In this document: positions 1-13,957 of the stretch, in pieces | Layout: each line of letters begins with the position of its first letter | How positions within the stretch are numbered: the first letter of the stretch is position 1 | Source of the DNA: Takakia lepidozioides | Taxonomy: Eukaryota; Plantae; Bryophyta | NCBI GenBank assembly: GCA_030704615.1 | Contig: CM060733.1 | Span: forward strand, 30,070,001-30,134,000 | Length of the DNA stretch: 64,000 nt | Direction of reading: 5' to 3' | The notes under the pieces: model-generated | Told to the model about the DNA's origin: nothing | Seen by the model: the letters and a program-made list of their open reading frames with translations, nothing else | Database searches by the model: none | Program-made: the position numbers and the translations under genes

Positions 1-867
1 CTACTGAAGATATACTGTACATTCAGAGTCCCTCAGCAAATATCCTCACCTAGTCAACAAGTTTAGTGTCATTTAGCAGTGTTGCTTACTAAAGTGTCCC
101 AGCCCAAGCAGAGAGGAAAAACGGCAGAGATACTAATATCATTAGTATCAATTACATCATTAGTATACTCATTAGCTCTTACAAACCCGAAAGGTGACAT
201 GAACCCAAACCCAGGTCTACTGTAAACGTCACCCAACTGGAAGGAGAGGTCTGTGTTGCTCTCAGCTGCACAAAGTGGAAAATTTATTGTAAACACCTGC
301 CAGGATTAGTGAACAACTGGGGAATGCCTCCAACTGAATATTGGATAGTTTGTCGCAGAGCAAAAACATTGATAGCCTGTTCTGATCAATACAAGGCACA
401 GTTGTTCACCTTTTCACTTCATATAACAGTTTGAAATCAGTTCTAGTCAGGGAAACATGAGAAGAAGATTGAAGGGTTTGTTTACTGTCAGATGAATTTA
501 CAAAGCCTGGCGCCCATCGAGGGGCTATTGGTCAGTTGAAGGATTGACATGGTCTGTCACAAAATCTTAGTTACTCAGATTCGGCAACATGTCACCAGAA
601 TCAAGTAACCCTGCCAAAAAATCAACCCTTTGTTGAAAAATGATGACATAGCTGAGGTTGAATGACTCAGAAGATAGGTTACTTTGTGACGCATCATCCA
701 CCACTTTAGTCTTGGCATGGAGATAATTGGGCACCGCATAGATTCGCATACAGTGGTGCTGAATCCGGTAGTCTTGAGATTTAAGGGGCGATCTATAGAG
801 AGCAGGTGAAGGTCACAACCTACCGCCATGTGAGTGGGGCCAGTTCTCTGGTCGAGGAGCTGTTTTG

Positions 868-3800
868 CTAGCTTAAGCAATGCTCCGATGTAGTTTCTGT
901 CTCACTGTTAAGGGGAACACTGACTTTTGACTGCTCAAGTCCATCATGGGTAATCTTTGTCTCCTTGCTTAAGATGGCCATCTCCTCTCGGTCTTCCTTT
1001 GTCTGCAGTCCACTGTCTTTTACTGAAGGTTTTCGGGCACCTACAATATCATTAGTACAAGTTTCTATGGAGCCATCCATGGCGTATGCTTCTGCCTCTT
1101 GTTTCTTCTTTTCTTGCTTCTGTTTTGTGGTGCTGGTGTTGACTTTTGCTGCTCCATGTGTACCTTCCATGCTTTTGCAAGTCTTGAGTTTCCCTCCTTT
1201 TGGAATGCTAAGCTGTGGCAAGTCAAACATCTGCAATGTTGTAGTCACCACCATTTTTTCGATTACATGTTTGGGTGGTAAATCCATGTGCCCCTTTCGA
1301 TTTTTTCCCAAGTTGAATTTTGCACTTCCACCTTCACCTTTTGGAGCTCTCTGCCGTCTGCTTGGAAGGTCTTTCGCAGACTTGAGAGCCTTAATGGGAG
1401 GCCCAACAATCCCTTCTACCACCCTGAAAATGTGAACTCGAAATGTGAAGTTATTTTTGTCGATCAGCTCAAACACGCACACATCAGAGTCCTCAAGACA
1501 ATGGTCAATTGCAAACCGTCTCCAGCCCCCACTGATACCTGCATGGGCCTCATTGATTACGAATGTGGCAGGGTAATTCTTTCCAGTATCATCGATTAAT
1601 GTGATTGGTGCCCGTTCTGAAGGCATCCATTCTCTTGCAAATTTTTTGGGTAGTCCCTGCATCACATCCATTTGATAGGGCTGTTGTGTTGAACTTGATA
1701 GGATTCCTTGTCTAAGATTCCATCTCTTCTGCGCTTCTGTTCTCTATACTGGCTCTCTCTGTCTCTCTGTCTCACTGTCTCACTCTTCCCTCATGTCATT
1801 CCCTGCTGTTGGCTTGCCATATCCTTACGACCATTGACCCCATGGGAAACTAACCCTCCTGGATCTCTGTTCCCTCTTGTTCCGCCCAAACTGGCACGGG
1901 GTCCATAGCCACAAGGCTACGGCAAACGTCTTTATGAGTACATTTTCTGTCTGTCTGTCTGTCTGTCTCACTTAAATGGATATGGCAAGGTTCGGGCTGA
2001 GTTTCATTGCAACCAGCTCCACGAAGCTTCTGATTCCACAGAAAGTATGCCCTCCATGGTACAGGATGGCATGACAGGGTGACAACAGGCCTATCGCAAC
2101 AATATCTCCAGCACAATCTAATGTGTAAAATTCTCTCTCCCTCCCTCTGTTATGATGTAGTCAAAAATGAAATTCCAATGGGGAGTTAAAGATTTAGCAC
2201 AGGAGCATCTCCTTCTCTCTCGATCCCATAGGCCCTCTGGAAATGCTGTGGAAGAAATTTCTCCTCGAGTTCTTTTCTGTCTCCCACAACTGTCCTATGA
2301 GACCATGTAAGATCCTCGCAATTGCTGTTTGCCAATTTTGCTTTTCCAGGGGGGGGACACAATGATAATTTTTATCTCAGACATTTCTAGCAGAAATCTA
2401 GCAGGGTCAGTAACTTACCAGCCAGAATCCGTTGTAGACATATGACTTGGACATCACCACCATTGTGTTGGGATTGGTAAGGCTCAATGCATTCTCACTT
2501 GCGGCGTCTAGAGCCGTTTTCTTCTCTAGGTCTGTTACAGGCCGGCGCTGAGAAACAAGGCCCTTCTCACTTGATCTTACTGGTGGAAGTAGAAGTTCTT
2601 CCTTAGCCAATTCCTCGACCTTGTGAAAATCAACTTCCTTTTTTCCAAGGATCCCACAACCTAGATGTTCAACTCCCCCACCTTGGACACTCGATGATCC
2701 AGTTGGTTTAAGTTGAAAACAGTTTTTTTTCACTTCTTGACAGCAAGTCTCCATTTCATCTCTCTCCTTCCGCTTCTCCCTTGGATTTGAAGCAGTAGGC
2801 AATTGAGTTCCACCACCATGATTGCCTTTCTTGTCTGTAGTTTTTCCCTTTTGTATAAAGACAGAAGGCCTTGGGGCAGTGACATGGTTACCAAAGTTGA
2901 TTGCTCTAAGAGCATTTTGTTTCTCACAGCCAGCCTCGTCAAAGATCTGGACTGTAAAACGTGAGATGTGGTTCAAAGAGAAGACAAGCTGGTCTCCAAT
3001 TTCGACACCATGGTCAATGACAAACTGTCCCCATCCTAGTGTCAAGGCAACCTTGCACTGTTGTTCTGCAGGCCTCACTTGTACTCGCCACAGTTGCCCA
3101 CTTGGTCCTTCCAGCCAGACGAATTGCACTGTGTCACCGTAGGTCTTCAAAAACACATTGGGGATCTGTAGTAAAATCCATAGCAAATAGTTTTCTTAAG
3201 CGATTCTTGATTTTGCAAGCTTTACACACCATCACTTTTGTGAAGCACTTGCTCCAAAAAAACAGAATGGATAACCATGTACACAGACGATGTCTAAATC
3301 CCATCTTCAATTAGAGTGATTGTCCTTTTGAGAGCCATTGCAGTTTGAACTACTGAGCATCTTAACAAATCAGAATCAAAACAGAATCGTTAGCAAGTAC
3401 TAACCTTCTGCAACTCTATTTCCAACCACTATCAGACCAGTGAGATTTTAGGGCAAAACGGCTGTTGAGCTTGGGGAGAACTCCACATTTAACCAGGCTA
3501 ACACCGACAACAGTGGGGCCTGCAACAAGCTCGCCCAGGCCCAGTTCTGTTGATGGGGCACAACGAGGGAGAACATTTAAAACTGTGAATGTGGTCTTGT
3601 ATCACCATTGATCGAAGATTAAAATCTCCAGGGTGATCATGTCATGGCCAACGCAAGAGGATAAGCGTGGTGACTCCTTGGACCCCGACTTACAGGCTTC
3701 CGATAACTATAAACTAAATAGAAAGAAAGTGCATTGACCGTTGACTGTCCCATAAGATTGGGTTCTACCTCAGCAGAATTCTGCGTGCAGCATATTACTC

Positions 3801-4020
3801 AGATTATTACGGATTGTCCATTCCAACATTTTGGGGAGACTGAGTATTTTGAGACACTTACCATCATAGATGTCTTCATACTTTCTACAAGCTTGATGAG
3901 AAACGATGGTTTATGCATGGGTCTCGCATCGCCCTCTCCTGGTCCGTGTATCTTGTAACAATTTCGGGTGCACATAGAGCATACTTGGAAATCCTTCCTT
4001 GGGGTCCCGCTAGTCGTCAT
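868..4020 (-). CDS. B3-domain (REM-like) DNA-binding protein with two B3 domains; exons ~4020-3862, 3165-2419, 1656-868
   Basis: The N-terminal exon has CSMCTRNCYKIH. B3 #1 reads IPNVF..LEGPSGQLWRVQV..GWGQFVIDHGVEIGDQLVF. B3 #2 reads GLPKKFAREWMP..GGWRRFAIDHCLEDSDVCVFEL..VHIFRV. Phase-0 GT-AG junctions join the exons. The 3' end is uncertain (see findings). Confidence 0.88.
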
Positions 4021-6837
4021 GTGAACAGGCAGAACCGAAGAACAAATTCTTTAAGGCAATCCTACTGAGCACCTGGATTCAGTTTGCATTGTCCCAAGTG
4101 ACATGTTTCATCTTTCCGAATACTAGTGTGTACTCCGAGAGAGAAAAAAATCAAAATTTACCAAGAGACTTGACTTCTAATGTCAGATCAGGCTCGGTCA
4201 CTGCAATGAGAGAAAGCGGCTTACAGAGTAACCAGAGAGACACTTAAAATTCGACATTGGCGATACAATTCGTCTCATTGCACTCCTTTAAACCATATTT
4301 GTAGTTTACATGGAGATGTTTAAGCTCTCGAAGGACTTTCGCCAACTTGACATGGAGCGACCTTCGTTCCACCAATTTCAGCTGAAAGATATTGACTCGT
4401 AGAGACAAAATCAGCTGGCAGAAAATCAGTTGAGATGCCGAAGCTTGAACCTCACTAAATGCACATGCCGCAGACTCAGTGGAGAAAGATTAGAGACATG
4501 GATATGCACTAAGGTTCCAGACATCAGAAGCACTACAAGGAGCCAAATCTTAAAAGGAACAAATCTTCCCCTTCAAGGAAAACAGTTATGACGTAATACT
4601 GGACAGATCCTCCGGGAAAATGAACCAAAATTTGGCATGAGACTCACTGGCGCGACAATCAGAGCACCAATGTATCAAAGTGTGCAAATCAAAACCAAAA
4701 TGCCACATTGATCAGCTCAAACTCCCTTAAACAATGCTGATATTCAGCGAGTAACTTTTCTGAAGACATCCAAAGGTAGAGTGACACCAAAAGCGAGAAT
4801 TTGGGCTGACCTGGATGAGGAAATGGCCAGTCTAAACCCCCAACCCTAATTGAGAAGAGACAGGAAGTGTGAGAGACGAGCGAGAGAGAGAGAGAGAGAC
4901 AGCTGTACTGGCGATGGCGACCGGAGGACGGGGACGCAACGGTTGAGACGGATGATAAATGGCGTGTTTAATGTTTACGCGCGTCGTGGAGAGGGATGTA
5001 CTTTACATCCATCTAGTTTTAATGGACGAAGGAAGTTGGTCCGATGGTCGGCCCTGTCATAGGTAAGGGAAAAATAACCTTACAATGCCATGAAGGCTGA
5101 GGATTGAGGTTCCACTCCGATAAATAAATACCCGAATGTCAGTTATGAATAGCCGCTCCTGGGGCTAAGCTCTACTCCCAGACCAGGCTGACTGTTGTAC
5201 CAGCGAGCTGCAAGCTAGGTCCGAACAAAATACCTTCTAAGAGCAGGAAAGCAAGCAGGTGGCAGTGTCACCCAGCAGTGCAGAAGCGGGCAGAAGTGTT
5301 GATAGATCTTAGTGCCAATCAGGCGGATTCTTTCTTTCTTTGGGGAATCCTGCTACCAGGTTGGGGTGGTGTTATTATACTTTTCCCCTTCCCTTGTTTG
5401 GGCCCTTGAGCCTTCTGCAAGATTACTTACTTGGAAAGAGGTTAGAATTTCCTCTCATTGTAATTAAGGGGCCTGATTTGCGAGCGGTCCTTCCCAAGTG
5501 TTTACCTATAATATTCTTTAAAAAATAATGTAATAACTTAATGCAAGCATGTGATCTCTGGTAGCTGGGTATGTCGGATTCCTTTCTCTTAAATTTTGCA
5601 CATCCCCTCGAGAGTGACACCCAACACCGGAGACCACAAAGGAGTGACACGGACCAAGGTAACCTGGCACCTTACATTTGTTTAGGTAGTTGCAGTTTTC
5701 ATGTTTTAGCTTTACATCAAATCAACTTGAAGCTCAATAGTTTCTGGCACTTCTTTATTTGAGACATGAATTCTGTCAATAGAGGACAATGTAATCAGGC
5801 TCCCAATGCAGATGCACATGGCGTTTGCAGTCAGGCTAGCATTTGTTGGTATCCGGAGAGGAATTTCAAATCCTGAACTTCTAAGTATCCAGAACCGCCG
5901 CAGGTCAAAGATCCTGCTCCAACTGATACCAAAAAATGCAAACACACTAGTTTATATCAAGGGCTTTATACACTGACAACAGATGATGGAATTTTACTAA
6001 AAGATGTGTTTGGTGAACTATGCAATATGAAAGCACATTAATTAGGTGACTCCTATTGCCAAGCCCACATACTTCTTTCCCATATCAGTTACTCCCAATA
6101 TTTCATGGAAAATGAAATTTGGCTGTAAGCTTGAACTTATGGTTAAGTCTCATGACAAATGTGAAGGTCGTAAGTGACAAATACGTTAGAGAATGAGTGA
6201 TAGGCCTACCTGTCGTGAACATCCTGCCTGCCATGTACAAGCAAGACAATCAAAAGATTCCAAAACAATTTTTTTTCAGTTGGTGATGAAAGTAGTGTCG
6301 CAATTTCAACAGTATCAAGCCTTTTTGCTTTGAACCAAGATATAGATGTAGGTTGCAAGATCTTCAGAAAGAGATTACCACAGACACAGCTTGACCACCC
6401 ATCCTAAGTTCCACCCAGTAGACTAGTCACTCAATTGACATGAGATTGTCATATTGAGATATTAGACGGAGATTCATATGTGCAGGCCTAGTAGGCAAAG
6501 CTTCAGGACAACTTGACTAGACACAAACCTCATCAGCCACTATTGTACAACATGCCAAACTCTGGCGAAAAATGGTTCTAGGAATATGAGAATCGAAACT
6601 CATGGAGATTCTTACTAGTTGGTAACTCGAGTCACGATATTGACTTGGTCTATTCAATAGTCTGATGTTGCGAAACCTGTAGTTATCTCCCTTCGAAGCA
6701 AAGAATCCATTTGCGTTGAACATTTTGCACTTCGCTTTTACTGCACACAGCAAACAGCATATCAGTTACATGTCAAGCTTCTACTCCAACATATCATATT
6801 CCTATCTCTGAACAAATCCTCCATTGTAGGCTTTATC

Positions 6838-9800
6838 CTAATCTGTGTTAAGTAAACAAATGCAAAGGTGAAATATACCCACATTCACAATGTCTGTAGC
6901 CACCTGCATACTGTACATAAAAGAGCCATCAGCGTTTACAATGTTGATGTGCTTTGTTGTTGTATGCAATACTAAAGTGTGGAGAATACTCACACTTGGG
7001 TCCAAATGAACAAAGAAGCTGGCACCCACTATCAAGTAGGACAACACCAACATCAGCCCTTTAAAGTAATTTGCGGTCCCCTCCTGTACCAACACCATGC
7101 AATGTTTGTTTAAGAGAAAGCTTTCAGAACCTGAAAAAATCAATATAAAAACAGGATGCATCTGGCATCTAACTCTCTCAAACCCCTTGCAACCGGGCAA
7201 AGCTGCAACATCTTCTGAGTACTTCTCTGAACTGGACCCACTGTCTATGGCCACAGTCTAATGCACACTCTTATAAATACAATTTCTCCTTCTCCAACGG
7301 ACCTGCCAACCAAGGAAGGAATAACTTCGTCCTTGCATGCAAGTACTACTTGCAGGTTGTATTACAACGAAAGTACACTGCATCTTTCAGCGGAGATGCA
7401 CACCTGAAGCATAAACGCAACTACAAGCACTGTGATGAAGAGAGTGGCGGTCTCAAACAGCTGGAAATTGAGGTCCATTTGTGTCCCCATAGGCCAACCA
7501 ATAACAACACAGAAGGGAATCTGCGGCAACCAACGTGTTAGATCCAACAGAGCAGCTCTATCAAGCTTGAAGATGAACAAAATGAGGATGCTTGTCAAAC
7601 TAAAATTGAAGAGATGGTGCATGGTGGCGGTTGAAATTGGACAAATTTATGGACGACATGGATTGCAACTTACCACAAACATGGATATTTGAGTAGACGA
7701 CCCGATAGCCACTCCTAGTGAAATGTCCTGAGATAAAATAACAAGAAGTCCATCAGCCAGACGAACTGAAAACGATAGAAATCTGTGTCTACTGTGGAAG
7801 AACATCTGTGCCGCAGATGCCCATCAGATTCCTCTAATATTGAATGTAACCTATTGTGAAATGGACTCGTCTTAGCATTTGGATACCCAAGACGGGACCA
7901 CTAGGAAACACGCCTAGAAATGACTCTCAAAATAATGCACAGCTATATCACTAAAGCTAAAAGCACCAAAGTTTAACAAGACTCACCAATTTATCTTTGA
8001 GAGCAAACATGATTGCACTTGCATGCTCAGCAGCATTCCCAACAATCGGTAATACTACCACACTCAGAAATGAAATAGGTACATTCCATGATTCTGAAGC
8101 ACCCTATCACATGAAAAACCAGGGTCAAGAAAGACATCAACAGTGATTGATTGACTCTCAACAGGTAGTTATATTTTGATGTAGCTCGAGCATACACTGC
8201 TCACAACATCATTGAAAAACCACCCAACCTGGCCTCCCATTGTCACATCACTTACAAACTACATCAAAGACTGCCAACAGGTATCCTTTGACTTCATGCA
8301 AGAAATCACAGATAATTGACGGACTGGCCCTGCAAGGATCCCAGCCACCTGGTGTTCACAGAGCGGAAGAAAGCTCAGCTGTCATGGGCACATGAAGTCC
8401 TAAATGGTTGAGGTCCAATGTGAGCAGGCATCTTGCGGAGAAGGAGCCCATGTGGAATACCATACTCCAACTCAAATTGTGTACAGAATAGGAGCTGAAG
8501 GTAGACTGCTTCATATGCTCACTGACCTCTATAGCACCAACAAGATACTCTGAAAGGATGGATATGAACACAGTCAAAACTGCCAGCCAGAAGATTGATG
8601 CCCAAAAGCCCACCAAACATTCTTCTTCCTCTGAGCTTGCATCACTCTCTCCCACATCCTGCACGTCAATTTTGACAGTAAAGGCAAGTCAGTGCAGCAA
8701 TCAGACAGATATTTTACATCCTGGTATGGCACAAAGACTTCATATCCTTCACTTTTGGAAGCATTCTTACAGGTTAAGTTAGCATAAGCCACCCTAAACC
8801 ATCCCTCTTCAAGTGTCTAAAATAAAGTCTAAAACTGCACTCTGCTGAAAATGAATCCTTATTCCCCACTTTCATGTCCAGAACTGTTAGGACCAAACTA
8901 AAAGCCAAAGACCTGTGTTTTTCTCAATCCCACGTACAGATGGAACACAATCTGGTATAAATTCACATGGGACACGATAAATCTGGGGGGTGTCCATGGG
9001 ATCAATACGAAGGATGACCAGCAATAACAGCATACCGATAGTTAGCTTCTCAAGCCTAGTCAGGTCCTCTAGACCAGAAATCCCTCCTTATCCTGATGTT
9101 AAATCACTTCCTATTGCAGGCAAGAGAACATGGACTTCACCTCCTCTAAATCATTGTATAGCTCTCTGTGGCTCCTGAGTTGGAAATAAAGGTAACAAGC
9201 GTATGCCAACAGCATGATGCAGCTGCTGAATCTTGACAAACTGAGCTCAGATTTCCCTACATGCAGCTCTGTACGCGTAGCCTGCAGGGCTGCAGGGAAG
9301 AGAAGACCCATGACTGCCATCAACAACAAGCCTGAGCTGACCTGAGCTGCTGCCTGCCTCACACCCAGGGCAACATGAAAGTTACTCAATATTTCCACAG
9401 GCTTAGTGGTGAATGCATTCATTCATGTTCACATCAACAGGTACCCATGAACAGTTGCAAGGGTGCAACCAGCAAATTGAACTTGATTGATATGAACCAG
9501 ACACTTCACTCAGTATTGGAAGGGTGGGTAAAATGTGGCAACATATGACAGTTCAGCCCACAAATCATGATTACCACAAGCATCCTGCTAATGCAGCTGC
9601 ATACTTCTCACAAAAGGTAATGTACAATGATATTATAGATACAAATTTCTGGAACAAACAGACTTTGCATCACCATATTGGAAAGAAACTATTACGCAAA
9701 GCATCTATCCTATAGGAGATGCACACTTAAATTGGAAACTATTTTAGAAACCATACCTTATTGAACTTTTGGTCTTTCTTTCTATGCGCGAGACCTCCAA

Positions 9801-12158
9801 AGAAAAAAGCACATCCCAGAACGAGCAGCATATTGGATAGAATGGAGCCCAAAAGTGACAATTGTACAACCCGTATCATATCATTGCGCAAGGCAAATAT
9901 GCAGATGATCATCTCCGTTGCATTGCCGAATGTTGCATTTAACAGCCCACCCACTGGAAAGTGCATTTGCACAAACCCTTCCCTGATCAGTATGTATGAC
10001 TAACGACACATCTCTATTATTTTCTTCCTCAAAATCCTCTCCCCCCCCCTGCCCCTACTCATTGGAAACCTGTATCTCCCAATGTAGAAATGCTGTATCT
10101 CCTAGAAGTAGCACATGGCCACAAAGCAAGCACCGACTGCACCAACAGGACTACTGTCACTACAAACTCTAATGATGGAATCAAAATGATTGTGAGGGCA
10201 CTAAATACAAAAGCTTAGTTTGATGTCTGCAGAATCAACTCCATGCACAGCCACTGTAACTAGATATCCTTAAGGCAAACTATGCCTTCATTTCCATAAA
10301 CATACAAATTGGCACAGAGCACAGTAAAGTTTCTCCACAAGATGACAGTTGTTGATACCTGTAGAGCCAGTGAAGAAAGACAACTGCCTGCACATGAGCA
10401 ATAAATCACAACATAAACATAAGGAAACAGGGAATCTTGACAAGAAGAGACCCTGGTAACCCAGTAATGACTTGACAATTTCTTGAAACAAGGATCTTCC
10501 ATAGAAAATACTAGACATACTTCTTTCAAGACAACAAACCTGGCAGAGTGCAAGCAAACAACTAATCACTCTTTTCGTATTTCTTCCAGCAGGGAATAGC
10601 CTCTTTCAGAAACCTCCCAATACACAGCTAAATGATCCCTGTGAATACTTGTAAACAATAGACAACTTACTCTGTAACAAAGCCGAGGCGCTCGGCTAGT
10701 GGAGCCATACCTAATAAACTGAGTAGAAAAACCCATCTCTGCACAGAAAAAGTGTCTCAATAACTGGATGGATAGATCAAATTAGTGGGAAAACTCACTC
10801 CGAAACTCTTATTTAACTCCTACTATACCCAAAATTGAAAAGCCTATCACTTCCAGAGGCAGTCCCGATTCCCTTCACAAGGAAAAAATCAGAGGGGAGA
10901 GAGAAACCCTGGTAAATTTACAGCAAATTACAGCAATTTACCACCTCACACTAGGAGCACGCATGCTGCAAGTAACAACTTAGCACCAGCACCAATGCAG
11001 TCTGTGGTCTTTCGGCACATCTCTATCAAAGCGCCACATGAACCAGGCTATTGTAGCTTCAGCATGAACTTTCAATCATTTTGCTTTTCAATACGTTCTC
11101 TGCAAACTATTTGACAGAAAAACACTTTGATGGGTTTCAGTTAAGGAGTCTTTTGAGCATCTCATGACTTGATTTCAAAATAAATAAACTAACACATGCT
11201 AGTGGCAAGACATGACAAGGGAAAGGAAATGCGTACATGCCCAAAATGCAAATGGACAGCCACCACGGCGAGGGGAATAGCTAGAAGCAAACTGTTGAGC
11301 TTGGTTCCGAAGACCACATGTCGCAAACTCTGGCATATGTACTTTCGCATCTTGCAGACTGCATTTCCCACCCTGCGCCTTTCACAGATACACTGCATAG
11401 GACCATCTAGGTGCCCATTCCCAGAGGCCTTTGTACAACTGTGATTTTTACATAACCTTGGGCTTGTTACCAGCGGCAGCTTCTCTGTTGCTCCCGGAAT
11501 GAGGCTCACATCTATAGGCATTAACTGATCACATGAAGAACAAGAACCCATATGTAAATGATACCTCCTGATAACACCAAGCATGCAACCAAACTACTGT
11601 GTGCACGCTCCAACCATCAACTCCAACCTCAACTGAACAACTCGAGGGTATATACAGGGACACAAACTGTGTAAGTACTTGATCTCATGATATAACAGTT
11701 AACTTCTCACCGAAAACCAATGCTCAGAACCTACTTTGATGATGACCTTCTGCAGTCCAGCAGGTTTACTGTACCAGTTCCAATGTCTAAGGTATAAAAG
11801 GCATGTGGCAGTTGAAAGCAATGCTCAAAATAACTTTACAGGCAAGCAGAAATATGCTGCTAAAGTGGCATCCCAAAATCAGCCAGCTACCAAAGCAGTC
11901 ATGCCATTGGATGCTTGTTACGCGTTTTAGAACTCTTCATTTGGACAGTTTCCACAGCTATGCTGCAGTCCACACTTACATAGCCAATTTTGGCTCCTCA
12001 AGCACTCATAGACTCCCCTAACCAGCTGTGTGCAGTAATTCCAACTTAAGCCACCAAGAACAAATACTCACTTCAACATTGACTCTACTGTCATCCAGGT
12101 GAAAGTGTCTCTTCAACTCGTCATAATTCTCTCCACAGTGCTGGCCAGCTCCGTCCAT
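6838..12158 (-). CDS. CAX: Vacuolar cation/proton exchanger, type IB (CAX2/5/6-like); ~12 coding exons (12158-12072, 11524-11237, 10738-10671, 10387-10359, 9953-9757, 9353-9141, 8658-8527, 8103-7987, 7727-7674, 7520-7404, 7083-6994, 6903-6838)
   Basis: Spliced translation gives [26 protein letters not shown] (alpha-1 repeat), [24 protein letters not shown] (alpha-2 repeat), [25 protein letters not shown] and [12 protein letters not shown]. Internal junctions are GT-AG and in frame. The first and last exons are less certain. Confidence 0.95.
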
Positions 12159-13885
12159 TTGATGGAACCCTAAAAATACCAACTTCCAGTTCAAACCTAC
12201 CCAACCAACCTACAGTCTATTAGTGGCCATCACAAACTTTGCATCACAAGAAAAATTGCAACTCAAGGCCCACTGCATGAGTCTAGGTGGAAACTGCATT
12301 CTTTACAACAATGTAAATTTACTTCCCTCCTGGATTCTCACTTTCTAAGACTCTCCTTGCCTATTTCTCTTTCCCCCTCATCTTTCGTATTTTAGGTACT
12401 GGTCCTGTAAGTACCTTCGACCTGGGAGGATCCTCAACAACAGCTTCTAAGATGCCAAGCAAACAATGCTTATCCTCAATTGTCAGCCAGGGCCACTTCA
12501 GACCCATAAACACTACACCATGGTCCTCTTCCACTCTTTGACCTCATTGGCTTTGCAGGTCCAGCTACTATAATTGGATACCAGAATCATCTGGTCGTCT
12601 CTCTCATTTCCAGCTGATTACTCTCACTGCTCCCCTTGAGTCACACCCTTCCTTCCTCGACTCCAAATGGCACTGTACTTCCAATCAAACTGCTCTCCCG
12701 AAATTGGCAATTTCAATGCCCCATAGCTTTGTCATCTGCAAATCTGTGAATCCGGTTTCCCCTTGCATTTTCTCTCGCTGAAAGTATGAATTCCTTCAGA
12801 TTGTCCACTCGGTTCTCCGCCTCCTCAGGATTAGTATCTTGCACTGTGCAAAGAACCTGCGCTCATAGGTTAGCCCCTGGTCATGACAGAACTAGATCTT
12901 ACATACGCCGCGCTGTACTCATTACACTGTGACTATATGGCAACTGAGCGATGGTTCAACCTTCCCTCAGTCACGACATCAAATTGGAGGAAGGTGACTA
13001 TGTACCGGTCTGTAAAACATAATGATAATACCATGGCAACCGAGCATGGAAGAATGCAAACTAAGTCTGATCCACCGAAGAGTTTTCATTTGGTTTAGAT
13101 CTCTCAATCCAGTACTATGCTGGAAAAGGAGGTCCCTCAAGAGCTGTGATCTGGCCTGGCCAAAAACAACAAAGCCAATCCAAACCGCGTCTATAGGAAA
13201 AGCATGCAGCTCGCACCGCCTACGAAATCCTTCGAATGAAAAAGAAGAAAAATAGAGAGAAAGGACAGAGAACATCAGATTCGAGGGACCCATATAGCTC
13301 CAAGTATCACGGACTGCTGTCACCTCATACCTAGAAAGAGACCAAGAGAAACATCCAAAGGAACAGGCAGAGCTTTTCAATGAGGAATAATCCGTAAATG
13401 ATCAAGCTGAGAGCCCATCAGATTCAAGAGGACAAAACTCCCAATATCCCGGACTGAATCACAACATCCAAAAGCAGCAGCAACCCAAAAAAACCACCAA
13501 AGCCATCGTTCCTCACATCGCACAGGGATTGCAAGATTACCAGCGCAAGACAATCCTCGACTTGGAGAAGGAGATAGCTGCAGCGCACTGAGGGAACCCA
13601 AATGAGCACCGAAAACAAATCAAAATATCACTTTTCCATCATTTCCTCCACAGACGAAATGGCACACCACGTTCTCCACCGTACAGCAATTCAACTTGTG
13701 GAGTACAAAAGAGTCGAGAAGCTGCTTTGCAGTCGAGGGAACACGACGACTGTCGTGGTGCTTCCAATCCATCGCGAAGCTGCTGCGAAGGAGACAACCC
13801 CGCCTCGCTCCACAGTCCTACGGTACCTAGGCACCTACATTAGGTAGCTACATAACTACTGTATCCATATCTGCCTGGCCAATTT

Positions 13886-13957
13886 GTTGCTAGAAGGATC
13901 TGAACCCAGAATCACCTGCTTTATAATCAGTGCACTATCCAACTAAGCTACCGTCTG
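13886..13957 (-). pseudogene. Degenerate tRNA-like sequence (tRNA pseudogene or SINE head)
   Basis: The minus strand reads ggTAGCTTAGTTGGatagtgcactgattataaagcaggtgattctgGGTTCAGATCCt, with A-box/D-loop and B-box/T-loop at tRNA spacing. The acceptor stem pairs poorly. Confidence 0.5.

Noticed and set aside
69-296. 75-aa ORF after a splice-acceptor-like site
   Set aside because: It has no recognisable domain and is more likely a 3' UTR exon of the B3 gene.
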